NCBI GenBank assembly: GCA_964590515.1
Contig: CAZPZD010000004.1
Span: forward strand, 23,223 to 80,690
Direction of reading: 5' to 3'
Source of the DNA: an uncultured Anaerolineaceae bacterium
Lineage (GTDB): Bacteria > Chloroflexota > Anaerolineae > Anaerolineales > E44-bin32
DNA: 57,468 nucleotides
The notes beneath the pieces were generated by a model. That model was given only the letters and a program-made list of their open reading frames with translations, ran no database searches and was not told the DNA's origin. Made by a program: the position numbers and the translations under genes. Below, one piece after another: positions 36,908 to 45,851 of the stretch; position 1 is the stretch's first letter; each line of letters opens with the position of its first letter.

Positions 36908-38155
36908 TCAGGCATCCCGGAAGAGGCGGACCTCGACGAGAGAGTCCTGCTCGAGGCCGGCTTGCTCCGGCGGGACGCGGATCAATCCATCGGCCCTCAC
37001 AAGAGTGAAGATCAGGTTGGATCCGCCGTGGACTGGCGCCGCCAGGAGCCCCTGCGGCGAGACTTCCAGGCGCACCGGCAGGTAGTCTTCGCGGCCAATG
37101 GCTGAGTTCACGTTCGAAGTCAGGCGGGCCTGCCGCACGGAGGGCCATTCGGGTCCGCGCAACCCGAGCAATTTTCGCAAGGCCGGCAGCAAGAATAGGC
37201 CGGCCACCACCAACGCACTGACGGGATTTCCCGGCAGGCCGATCACCGGCAGGTGATTGCATACCGCGAGGATCGTCGGTTTGCCGGGCCGAATTGAGAC
37301 CCCGTGGACCAAGATCCCAGGCGGGCCCAAGGTCTGGATGACCCCGGCGGTGAGGTCACGCACGCTCACCGAGGACCCTGCAGCAATCGCGATCAACTCG
37401 GATTCGGCCTGGGCTCGCCGGGAAACGGCCTCGAGTTCGGCCGCTGAATCTCGGATGATCCCGTAGCGGATCGGTCGGCCACCGGCCTGTTCCACCAGAG
37501 CGCCCAGTGAATAGCTGTTTACATCCCGGATCTGCCCAGGGGCCGGCTGGGCCTCCGGGTTGACGACCTCATCCCCCGTCGACAAAATTGCGACCCTGGG
37601 CCGAACTCGGACCTGGACCCGGAGGATCCCGAGGGCCATCAGTCCGCCGATCTCCTGAGGGCGAAGGCGCACGCCCGCCGGGATAACTACCTGACCTGCC
37701 GCGACGTCCTCGCCCTCCCGGATCACGTTTTGCCCGGAGGCGACCGCCTTCAGCACCTTGATCTCAGTCCCGTTTGCGGCCTGGGTATCCTCGATCATCA
37801 CCACTGCATCCGCGCCGCGCGGGATCATTCCGCCGGTGTGCACCAGAGCCGCTTGGCCGCGGTCGACTCCGAGCTGCGGCGCGGCCCCCATCAACACCTC
37901 GCCGGCCAAGCTGAATTCAGCCGGGTGGGTCGAGGAGGCCCCCATCGTATCGGCGGCGCGAACCGCGTACCCATCTACCGTCGTTCGATCGAATGGAGGC
38001 AGCGGATGGGGGGCAGTCACTGGCTCGGCCAAGGCCCTGCCGAGGGAGTCTTCGGTTCGGATGTGCTCGGTCGATCCCGGACTGGGCTCCGGGATCGCTG
38101 CCAAGAAGGAGCGCAGCGCCTGGTCTACGGGGACGAGTTTGAGCGGGCCTGGCAT
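36908..38155 (-). CDS. moeA: Molybdopterin molybdenumtransferase
   Basis: PPFDRTTVDGYAV, TGGMIP.GADAVVM.E, STGDEV, RPGKP, GLPGNPVS. Confidence 0.95.
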   Translation of the reverse strand: MPGPLKLVPVDQALRSFLAAIPEPSPGSTEHIRTEDSLGRALAEPVTAPHPLPPFDRTTVDGYAVRAADTMGASSTHPAEFSLAGEVLMGAAPQLGVDRGQAALVHTGGMIPRGADAVVMIEDTQAANGTEIKVLKAVASGQNVIREGEDVAAGQVVIPAGVRLRPQEIGGLMALGILRVQVRVRPRVAILSTGDEVVNPEAQPAPGQIRDVNSYSLGALVEQAGGRPIRYGIIRDSAAELEAVSRRAQAESELIAIAAGSSVSVRDLTAGVIQTLGPPGILVHGVSIRPGKPTILAVCNHLPVIGLPGNPVSALVVAGLFLLPALRKLLGLRGPEWPSVRQARLTSNVNSAIGREDYLPVRLEVSPQGLLAAPVHGGSNLIFTLVRADGLIRVPPEQAGLEQDSLVEVRLFRDA

Positions 38156-38157
38156 TG

Positions 38158-39072
38158 TTAGCTGAGCACGTAGCCTGCCAATTCCAGGTAGGCTCCAATC
38201 GCGAATATTGCGAGTGAGCCGAGAGTCAAACTGCCCCATTTCGGGGGGTAGCCAGCCTGAATTCGGCGCAGCTGCCAAACCTGTGCGACGCCGAGAGGGA
38301 TCAGGAACAGAGCACTCGCCGCTACCCGTGGTGGGACCCCGTTCATGAAAATTACGCCAAAGCTCAACAGGCCAAAGCCTAGTGAAACATTATGTGCGCG
38401 CATCCCTGCCAACCAGCCCAGCCGAACTACCAGGGTTTGCTTCTGGGACTTCAAATCGGTAGGGTAATCGGGGAGGTCGAACACGATCAACATGGCAAAG
38501 CAGAGTCCGACCAGCGGGGTGACGCTCATGAGTAGCAGCCGGTGAGTTTCACCAACCTGGACAATGTATCCGAACAGTGGAACGAGCGCGCCAACTACGA
38601 GGGAGGCCACCAGCTCGCCATAGCCGCTCGCGGCCAGCCGGAGCGGTGGCACGCTGTAGAAGAATCCACCGAGAAACCCGAGCAGCAGCACCGGCCAGGC
38701 CAGGATGGGCAGCGACCCGGTGACCAGACTGGCCGAGGCAAGCGTCGCGGTAAGCCCCAGTGAGATCACTGCAGAATACAACGCCACTTTGGCAGGGAGG
38801 GCTCCCGGTCCGATCACTCCACTCCCTCCGGTGAGCAGAGTGCGGGCCTGATTCTGCTGGTCCGCCGGGGCGTCGTAGTATTCGTTGAGGTAATGGGTCA
38901 TGAGCTGCAAGAGAGTGACGAGGGCCTGCCCGAGCGCGTACGGGCCCGGTTCGATGGGGTGACCCAAGTAGTGGGCGATCGCCGCCCCCAGCCCGTAGAG
39001 CAACACTCCTCCGAGCAGGAAGTGCGGACGGGTCAGGCGGAGAAACAGCCGTACGTCGCGCCAGGTCGGCAT
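38158..39072 (-). CDS. UbiA-superfamily prenyltransferase, MenA-like
   Basis: RPHFL, NEYYD...D, GGSG, FYSVPP, PDYPTD...KQTL. Confidence 0.85.
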   Translation of the reverse strand: MPTWRDVRLFLRLTRPHFLLGGVLLYGLGAAIAHYLGHPIEPGPYALGQALVTLLQLMTHYLNEYYDAPADQQNQARTLLTGGSGVIGPGALPAKVALYSAVISLGLTATLASASLVTGSLPILAWPVLLLGFLGGFFYSVPPLRLAASGYGELVASLVVGALVPLFGYIVQVGETHRLLLMSVTPLVGLCFAMLIVFDLPDYPTDLKSQKQTLVVRLGWLAGMRAHNVSLGFGLLSFGVIFMNGVPPRVAASALFLIPLGVAQVWQLRRIQAGYPPKWGSLTLGSLAIFAIGAYLELAGYVLS

Positions 39073-39073
39073 G

Positions 39074-39472
39074 TCAGGAGCTGTCTCCATCCTCGTGGCT
39101 GGCAAGCCGAACGAGCTCCGCTCCACCGTTCAGCGATCGTATCCGAAATGCGACCCCGAACGGAACGAGAACCACAGTCGGTCGGGTGGCGTGATGACGA
39201 TAGGTCTGGCCGAGGGTCGGTGAATCCTCGCGCCGATCCTCCCAGTCGAACTCTGCTTCGCCGCGCACGAGCGCCCATACTTCATCGACGACCGGTCGAG
39301 CTTCGGATGCTCGCTGCTGACCGGCTGCCAGCTCGTGGAACTCTGCACTTCCGAAGCGTCGAAGCAGGTGATCAGAGTAACGCAGAACACTGAGGGTAGA
39401 GCCCGCGGGAGTTTCCCGCAGCTCAAGTTGACGGATGTACAGGTCGTGGATCGGTAGTGAATCGTGCATCAT
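39074..39472 (-). CDS. RmlC-like cupin-fold protein, degenerate
   Basis: GEAEFDWEDRREDSPT and VLVPFGVAF resemble RmlC; catalytic His not evident. Confidence 0.6.
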   Translation of the reverse strand: MMHDSLPIHDLYIRQLELRETPAGSTLSVLRYSDHLLRRFGSAEFHELAAGQQRASEARPVVDEVWALVRGEAEFDWEDRREDSPTLGQTYRHHATRPTVVLVPFGVAFRIRSLNGGAELVRLASHEDGDSS

Positions 39473-39951
39473 CCGCCGGCAAGCGCGGCGCGGATATCCG
39501 CCACGTGTTCCGCCCGATGATCGGCACTTCTGAGCAGGAACCGCTCAGTCGAGAACATAGCGCCGCTTGAATGCCGCCCGATCAGATCGAGTTGATCATC
39601 GCTGAGACTGTCCAGGAACTGCAGGCTCGACCGGTGGGCAGCTAATATCTTCTCCAACAGCTCCGCCGTGGAAGATTCTTTGCTCCGCCGAACGGCGGAT
39701 CGGTTCCATCGGGCGAGGTCGAAGTCGGGAGGCACGGTCTGCTCCCCGGCTACGAGCCGTTGGGCCTGGCCAAGCAGCCCGGCTTCCGAATCGGCGAGGT
39801 GGCCGAGCAGGTCTTTCACCGTCCAGACACCGCCATCGGAGTTGTAGACGGTGATCGGCATGGCTTCCGGGGGGAGCCCGGTTAGGACTGGCCAGGTCTC
39901 CGCGTGGACTTGATCCAAGCGGTCCCGGATCCGCTTTGTGCGTTCGGTCAT
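39469..39951 (-). CDS. DinB/YfiT-superfamily four-helix protein
   Basis: WTVKDLLGHL and C-terminal H-x3-H (HRAEH). Confidence 0.85.
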   Translation of the reverse strand: MTERTKRIRDRLDQVHAETWPVLTGLPPEAMPITVYNSDGGVWTVKDLLGHLADSEAGLLGQAQRLVAGEQTVPPDFDLARWNRSAVRRSKESSTAELLEKILAAHRSSLQFLDSLSDDQLDLIGRHSSGAMFSTERFLLRSADHRAEHVADIRAALAGG

Positions 39952-40682
39952 CCGCGCAGCAGCGTTCCCGCGTCTATGCGCAAGGTATGACCAGTCACGT
40001 AGTCATTCTTCATTAAGAAGACCACTCCCTGAGCGATGTCTTCCGGTTCCACTCCATACCCGAGGGGAGTCGCCTGACGGATTGCTTGCCACCGCGAGTC
40101 GGCCATCCAAGTTGGTTTGAGGGTAGGACCCGGAACGACCGCGTTCACCCGAACCTCTGGAGCTAACCGGGCAGCGGCCACCTGGGTGAGCATCTCCAGG
40201 CCGGATTTGCTGATACTGTGAAGCGGAAATCCTGGCCAGGGATGGTGGGCCGCGGTGTCAGAGATGTTGACGATCGCCCCGCCACCCCGCGCCTGCATCC
40301 GGATTGCCCCCTGTTGGAGGGTGAAGAATGTCCCTTTAAGGTTAAGGCCCACGGTGCATCGCCAATCGTCCTCGGTGGCCTCCAGGAGGTCGACTCGCTC
40401 GAGGATGGCAGCCGAGTTCACGAGCAGGTCGAGCCCTCCGTAGACCGCGTCTAGCGCGGCGAAGAGTTGATGAACGCCCTCACCACTGGAAAGATCGGCC
40501 TGGGCCATATGCACCGGGATGCCGCGGCCTCGGAGGTCATCGGCCGTTTCTGCTGCGGCTTCCGAGGATTGATGGAAGTGTAGCATCAGCCGGCAGCCCT
40601 CCTTTGCCAGCCCGAGCGCGATGGCATGTCCGAGCCGGTGGGCGCCTCCGGTGACCAGGGCAATCTTACCGTCTAGATTCAT
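39948..40682 (-). CDS. SDR oxidoreductase, pteridine reductase/FolM-like
   Basis: TGGAHRLG, VNSAA, NISD, HSISK (His at the usual YxxxK Tyr), VNAVVPG. Confidence 0.88.
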   Translation of the reverse strand: MNLDGKIALVTGGAHRLGHAIALGLAKEGCRLMLHFHQSSEAAAETADDLRGRGIPVHMAQADLSSGEGVHQLFAALDAVYGGLDLLVNSAAILERVDLLEATEDDWRCTVGLNLKGTFFTLQQGAIRMQARGGGAIVNISDTAAHHPWPGFPLHSISKSGLEMLTQVAAARLAPEVRVNAVVPGPTLKPTWMADSRWQAIRQATPLGYGVEPEDIAQGVVFLMKNDYVTGHTLRIDAGTLLRG

Positions 40683-40721
40683 CGGGGATTTTGGCGCATC
40701 GAACCGTCGGAGCGCGAGGGT

Positions 40722-41681
40722 TTATCGGCGAACGAGATTCGATACGAAGAACCAGAGGTTGGCCGGACGTTCAGCAAGCCTCCTCATTAGGTAAGGATAC
40801 CACTGGGCCCCGTACGGGACGTAAATCCGGACCGGATACCCCTTATCGCGCAGCGAGCGCTGAAGCTCGGACCGAATCCCAAAGAGCAGTTGGAACTCGA
40901 GGGCTGCTTTCGGCAGGCCGATCCGCTCGGCCAGAGTTTCGGCAAAGTGGATCCTGGCCGGGTCGTGGGTTGCAATCGCCGCCAGGGGAGGGGTACGCCC
41001 ATCCTTTGAGGCTCGAACTCCGCCCTGTTTCAAGGCGGCTTCGAGCAGGATCTCGGTCAACCGGTCAAAGCTGGCGTCAACCTCGGCCTTCTCTTGAAAG
41101 GCCACCGACTTGGGCTCCTGATATGCACCTTTCACAATGCGGACCGGAATCCCGGCGGCTACCGCAGTTCGCAGATCCCGCTCGCTCCGCGGCAAGTAGG
41201 ATTGAAAGACGAGGCCGACATTTCGCAATCCCTGCCTGCGGAGCGCGTGCTCGACACTGAGAGTCTGGTCGATGGTGTTTGACTCCTCCATATCAATCCG
41301 GACGAAGGTATCGTTCAGGGTGGCCACCCGGGTGATCTCCAGCATGTGCTCCATGCAAAGGTCGAAATTGAGCCTCAGTCCGATCTGGGTGAGCTTGACT
41401 GAGACGTAGGCTCCCAGCTTGTGTTCTTCAATTGCTTGAAGCAACTCCTCGCAGGCCAGCCGGGCCTGGTCTGCCTCCGTAGCCGAGACGACATCTTCAC
41501 CGAGGTGAGCGAGCGTCGTTGCAAGGCGCTGCCGATTGAGGACTTGTGCGACCTGAACCGCCTCCTGAATGGACTCGCCGGCCACAAACCGGCGGGAGGC
41601 GCGGCGGGCAAAGCCCCAACGGGTCAGGCCGGAGTGGGCCCAGCGGGCTTTTGACAAGTAGAGCAGGGGGGTGCGCAGCAT
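40722..41681 (-). CDS. Monofunctional proline dehydrogenase
   Basis: RFVAGE, SVKLTQIG, RIDMEE, RIVKGAY, IATHD, EFQLLFG, YVPYG..W.PYLMRRLAERPAN. Confidence 0.95.
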   Translation of the reverse strand: MLRTPLLYLSKARWAHSGLTRWGFARRASRRFVAGESIQEAVQVAQVLNRQRLATTLAHLGEDVVSATEADQARLACEELLQAIEEHKLGAYVSVKLTQIGLRLNFDLCMEHMLEITRVATLNDTFVRIDMEESNTIDQTLSVEHALRRQGLRNVGLVFQSYLPRSERDLRTAVAAGIPVRIVKGAYQEPKSVAFQEKAEVDASFDRLTEILLEAALKQGGVRASKDGRTPPLAAIATHDPARIHFAETLAERIGLPKAALEFQLLFGIRSELQRSLRDKGYPVRIYVPYGAQWYPYLMRRLAERPANLWFFVSNLVRR

Positions 41682-41771
41682 CTCGCCCGATCCTGGATGA
41701 CCGATCCGAGGGGAATTGTAGCAAGCTTGAGTCAGGGTTGGAGCCGCTCCCGAGGGATTGCCACGCCGTGC

Positions 41772-41780
41772 TGTTATAAT
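41772..41780 (+). promoter_or_regulatory. Extended -10 promoter upstream of tRNA-Lys
   Basis: TGTTATAAT in the divergent intergenic region. Confidence 0.6.
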
Positions 41781-41856
41781 CCAGCCGAGGCCAAATCAGT
41801 CTGGCGGCCTATCGAGCAGGGCGAGGGGCCCGCTCAACCTCGTCGCCGGAACCCAA

Positions 41857-41929
41857 GCCTGCGTAGCTCAATTGGCAGAGCAGCGGACTCTTAATCCGTA
41901 GGTTGCAGGTTCAAGTCCTGCCGCAGGCA
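41857..41929 (+). tRNA. tRNA-Lys(CUU)
   Basis: Acceptor GCCTGCG/CGCAGGC, anticodon arm gcgga-CTCTTAA-tccgt, GTTCAAGTC; CCA not encoded. Confidence 0.96.
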
Positions 41930-41935
41930 CACGCC

Positions 41936-42049
41936 TTGGCTAGAACCGTTCGCCTGACCTTTCTCGCCCTTAGCCTATTCGGCTTGATCTCCAATCTGGG
42001 GGGTCTGGCGTTTACCGCCTTGGCCATTTCCCGCCTACTGTTCGACTAG
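41936..42049 (+). CDS. Candidate 37-aa hydrophobic small protein (below the ORF-track cutoff)
   Basis: TTG..TAG frame reading MARTVRLTFLALSLFGLISNLGGLAFTALAISRLLFD; no RBS. Confidence 0.3.
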   Translation: MARTVRLTFLALSLFGLISNLGGLAFTALAISRLLFD

Positions 42050-42099
42050 CCCTCCCAGCCATCTTACAAACACCTTTCAATTCAGTCAGCGTTTAGAAA

Positions 42100-42227
42100 G
42101 GTTGTGCAATAATCCCACTGCACCTTAACAGCGGGCAACCACCGCTCAGGTGTTTCCACTCTCGCCTTGGTCGCCAGTCTTCTGGCGACCAAGTGCGTTT
42201 AATGGGACTTCAGTTCATTGCACGGCC
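42100..42227. ncRNA. Candidate structured RNA element (closing stem plus two internal hairpins), family not recognised
   Basis: gtgcaat/attgcac and tccca/tggga close the element; internal cacct/aggtg plus agcgg/ccgct hairpin; perfect 12-bp hairpin at 42166-42193. Confidence 0.4.
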
Positions 42228-42275
42228 CAGAATCCATGGTGTACACTTCGGCTCGAAGCACTGGGGACTGGCAAC

Positions 42276-42662
42276 ATGGGAGTGAATGGCAAGCGGGTCG
42301 TCTGCATTGAAGACGAGCCTGAGATGATTGATCTGGTTCGCTTGATTCTTGGGCGCAGGGGTTTTGAAGTGGTAGGCGCCAATGGAGGGCTGGAAGGCCT
42401 CGCTCTGGTAGCGAGCGAGAAACCGGACCTCGTCTTGCTGGACCTGATGATGCCGGATATGGACGGCTGGGAAGTCTATCAGCGAATGAAATCCGACGAG
42501 ACCCTCCGCGACATCCCGGTGGTGGTGGTCACCGCCAAGGCTCAGTCGATCGACAAAGTGCTCGGGTTGCATATCGCCAAAGTGGACGATTACATTACCA
42601 AGCCATTCGGGCCGCAGGAGCTGCTCGAGAGCGTAGAGAAGATCCTGGGTCCGATCGACTAA
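42276..42662 (+). CDS. Single-domain CheY-like response regulator
   Basis: IEDE, LLDLMMPDMDG, VVTAK, ITKPF: all canonical receiver residues present. Confidence 0.93.
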   Translation: MGVNGKRVVCIEDEPEMIDLVRLILGRRGFEVVGANGGLEGLALVASEKPDLVLLDLMMPDMDGWEVYQRMKSDETLRDIPVVVVTAKAQSIDKVLGLHIAKVDDYITKPFGPQELLESVEKILGPID

Positions 42663-42753
42663 GCCAAAGCTGCAACCCTCGATTTACGACAGCGGGGCCA
42701 AACTGGCCCCGCATTTTGTTGGCTGGCGGGAATGCCTCGGAACAGGGCAGGGC

Positions 42754-42759
42754 TATAAT
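42754..42759 (+). promoter_or_regulatory. -10 box (TATAAT), leaderless-type
   Basis: 6 nt upstream of the ATG at 42766. Confidence 0.65.
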
Positions 42760-42765
42760 CTGACC

Positions 42766-44139
42766 ATGTCCTGGGGTCGCCGCCTCGGCCTGCTTGCCGT
42801 GTGCCTCCTTATCCTCTGGCCGGCCCGGGCGACGGCGCAAGCGGAGGGCCCGACCTACACTGTGCAGGATGGAGACACCCTCTTTGGGATCGCGCTAACC
42901 TTTGGATCGACCGTGTCCGAGCTCGCCGCGGCCAATGGAATCGAGGATCCTTCCGCCATTTTCCCAGGCCAGGAGCTGTTGATCCCGGGCCTGAATGGGA
43001 TCCTGGGAACCCTCCAGTTTCAACCTCTAATGTTCGGTGAGACCATGGCCAGCCAGGCGCTCCGCTATGGGTTACCCCTCGAGCAGCTGGCCCGGTTGAA
43101 TCGTTCCCTCAACCCGCAGATCCTGATCGTGGGCCGGCCGTTCGTGTCATTGGCCCAGGAACTCCCGGACCTCGCCCTGCCGACCTCCGAGCGCGTTGTG
43201 GTCGAACCAGGTGACTCGCTCCTGGAACTGGCAGTGAGACACAACGTGGATGTCTGGTCTCTTCAGGCATTCAACCGGTTGGGGGCTCGCCGCTGGTCGG
43301 TGGGGGGCGAGATGCAGTACGCCCCCGGCGGGGATCAAACCACCACTGGCCTGCCGCCGAACTTAGACTCAATCGAGGTCAGACCGCTTCCCGCGGTGCA
43401 GGGTCAAGTCCTTGTTGTGCAGCTAGGCACGTCCCAGGGCTCCATTCCGTCGGGTCACCTCGGGCCTTGGAATCTGCAGTTCGTCGAGGACGCCTCTTCC
43501 CACTGGATCGCGCTGCAAGGGATCCATGCACTGCAAGATGCCGGGGTGCTGGAGCTCGCGATCGGCCTCGCCCAGGAATCGCCCTTCAGTCAATCCATTG
43601 AGCTCGAAGACGGTGAATACGGCCGGGAGGCGCTGCAGGTCCCGGCGGAGACCCTCGACCCGGCGAACACCGGACCCGAGGATGAGCTGATTGCAGGAGT
43701 CGTCGCCGAGGTTTCACCCCAGAAGCTGTGGGAAGGCACGTTTTCCTTCCCCACGAGCTTTTTCGAGGCCTTCCCCTCCGTGTTCGGCACCCGCCGGAGT
43801 TACAACGGGAGCGATTTCACCTATTACCACACCGGTCTGGACCTATATGGCAGCACCACCACTCCAGTCTTAGCCCCTGCGGCTGGGCGGGTTGCCTTCG
43901 CAAGTTTCCTAACGGTCCGAGGCAATACGACCTACATTGACCACGGCTTGGGGGTCTTTAGCGGATTCCTGCATCAGTCGCAAATCCTGGTGCAGCCCGG
44001 GGATCGGGTGGAGTCGGGCCAGATCGTTGGCTATGTGGGTGGAACCGGAAGGGTGACCGGGCCCCACCTGCACTGGGAGGTGTGGGTTGGGGGAGTCCCG
44101 GTCGAGCCTACGCTCTGGACCCGCAGCGCTTTCCCTTAG
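42766..44139 (+). CDS. Secreted LysM-repeat M23 metallopeptidase
   Basis: Signal peptide, YTVQDGDTL LysM plus two degenerate LysMs, HTGLD and HLH zinc motifs. Confidence 0.93.
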   Translation: MSWGRRLGLLAVCLLILWPARATAQAEGPTYTVQDGDTLFGIALTFGSTVSELAAANGIEDPSAIFPGQELLIPGLNGILGTLQFQPLMFGETMASQALRYGLPLEQLARLNRSLNPQILIVGRPFVSLAQELPDLALPTSERVVVEPGDSLLELAVRHNVDVWSLQAFNRLGARRWSVGGEMQYAPGGDQTTTGLPPNLDSIEVRPLPAVQGQVLVVQLGTSQGSIPSGHLGPWNLQFVEDASSHWIALQGIHALQDAGVLELAIGLAQESPFSQSIELEDGEYGREALQVPAETLDPANTGPEDELIAGVVAEVSPQKLWEGTFSFPTSFFEAFPSVFGTRRSYNGSDFTYYHTGLDLYGSTTTPVLAPAAGRVAFASFLTVRGNTTYIDHGLGVFSGFLHQSQILVQPGDRVESGQIVGYVGGTGRVTGPHLHWEVWVGGVPVEPTLWTRSAFP

Positions 44140-44258
44140 GATCCGGGTCCAACAGCCCCCGCCCGCGGTCCGCCCAGCAGCGGATCGGCCGATCAGTCCG
44201 CTCAATCAGATCGGCGTAGTATAATTTTAGCGCGCTCCCCCCCGACCCCTATCCCCGA

Positions 44259-45851
44259 ATGCGATCCATCTCCCTGGCCGGAAGTGAAAGCTACTGGGCC
44301 GAGTTCGAACTCAACGAGGCGGACCTCACTTTTATCGACAACCTGCTGCTCGAGCGAGGAGTCCCACTGACCCCCGGGGAGATGGCGGAGGCGCTTGTAC
44401 GCGATCGCCTCGAGCGTGAGCGGGTGGCAATCGAGCAATCCAAGCGGCCTGCCGCACCGACGTACCTCCCGGCACAGCGCTATCACGTAGGCCAGCAGCT
44501 CCAGTTTCAACACTTGGCCAACGGGGTAGGCACTGTCACCCGTGTGCGGGGAAGCTCGAATCCCTCTCTGCCGCCGTTCGAGGTCATTCAGGTAGAGCTT
44601 GGCGATGAACTGCGGGAGTTTGCCGCGGGATTTCCAGATCACGTGCTGAACTCGGTTCAACAGGCACCCAAAGATGCGGACGGAGGGTTGAGTCCGGAAG
44701 TCATTACCCAGCGGATCGGAAGCCGAATTGCCCAGGAAGTCGACGCAGGCCTGGGGACCCGCCCCGAAGTGGTTCGGATCGCGGGGAAATGGTTTCACCG
44801 CGGTCTGCTGGCTGAGATCAACGAAGGGCACCTCAACCTGGCCGAAGCCGTGCTGGACGTTGCGGCCGGTGGCCCGCTACCTACCCAGGATTTGGTCAAC
44901 CACATGGAAACCTCGCCGGGGCTCGACCCCCTGTTGACCGAATTCTCGGTCGACTATGCCTTGCAGGAAGACTCGCGATTTGACGAAGTCGGTCCGGCCG
45001 GGAAGGTCTTGTGGTTTCTGAAGCGGCTTGAACCCCAAGAGGTTTTGCAGCCTCCGGAGCGGCTGGTGGATCAGAGTGCCTCTTATGATCGGTCCGTGCT
45101 CGGCCCGGAGCTGCTTACATTGGAGCGGGAACTCGATGATGAACTCAGCGCGGGCAGCCCGCTCGCAGATCCACCAGCTCCGGAAGTCAGCCTGGTGCTG
45201 CCGTTTCCTCACTGGTCAGTCGGCTCGTTGCCACTGTCCGCCCGGCTGCAGGCCATGTTCCCGACTGCCTACGAGGCGCCCCGCATCCGTTTCATTCTGG
45301 TGGACGGCCACAGCGGAACCAAGTTCCCAGGCTGGGTCGTTCGAGCTCAGCGTTACGTATTCGGACTGGCGGATTGGTTCCGGCAGTACGATGTGCCTGC
45401 GGGGGGGCTGATCCGAGTGCGGCCGGGTCGGGAGGATGGCGAAGTGCTGGTCGAGGCGGTCGATCGGCGTCGGCGGAACGATTGGATCCGGACTGCTACC
45501 GTCGGGGATGACGGCCGGATCGGGCTGACGATGCTAAAGCGTCCGGTGGGTACGGCCTATGATGAGCGAAGGATCGTTGGGGTCGTTGACCGGCGGGCGC
45601 TCGAGCAGGCCTGGCAGACCACCTCGCAACGCACATTGCCACTCGATCGGCTTGTGATCCAAATGTTTCGGGAGCTCTCGAAGCTCAACCCGCAGACCAC
45701 GGTGCATGCCGAGGCTCTGTATTCCGTAATTAATGTAGTCAGACGAATTCCGCCGGGGCCGATCTTGGCGGAACTGGTCAGTCGTCCATACTTCGCGCCG
45801 GTCGGGGATCATTATTGGCGTCTGAACGAAGACGAATGGAAGAATGCATGA
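44259..45851 (+). CDS. Conserved hypothetical protein with several winged-helix-like segments
   Basis: 530-aa ORF with upstream TATAAT (44220-44225); wHTH-like endings DSRFDEVG..WFL and PYFAPVGDHYWRL. Confidence 0.8.
   Translation: MRSISLAGSESYWAEFELNEADLTFIDNLLLERGVPLTPGEMAEALVRDRLERERVAIEQSKRPAAPTYLPAQRYHVGQQLQFQHLANGVGTVTRVRGSSNPSLPPFEVIQVELGDELREFAAGFPDHVLNSVQQAPKDADGGLSPEVITQRIGSRIAQEVDAGLGTRPEVVRIAGKWFHRGLLAEINEGHLNLAEAVLDVAAGGPLPTQDLVNHMETSPGLDPLLTEFSVDYALQEDSRFDEVGPAGKVLWFLKRLEPQEVLQPPERLVDQSASYDRSVLGPELLTLERELDDELSAGSPLADPPAPEVSLVLPFPHWSVGSLPLSARLQAMFPTAYEAPRIRFILVDGHSGTKFPGWVVRAQRYVFGLADWFRQYDVPAGGLIRVRPGREDGEVLVEAVDRRRRNDWIRTATVGDDGRIGLTMLKRPVGTAYDERRIVGVVDRRALEQAWQTTSQRTLPLDRLVIQMFRELSKLNPQTTVHAEALYSVINVVRRIPPGPILAELVSRPYFAPVGDHYWRLNEDEWKNA

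Noticed and set aside
41911..42027. Minus-strand 38-aa basic ORF (MAKAVNARPP...)
   Set aside because: Runs antisense into tRNA-Lys and has no supporting features
42140..42195. Minus-strand GACTGGCG..GTGGAAACAC resembling a ZTP riboswitch
   Set aside because: Lacks the GGGGAG and downstream CGCCTGGGC pseudoknot elements, and no suitable gene lies downstream on that strand
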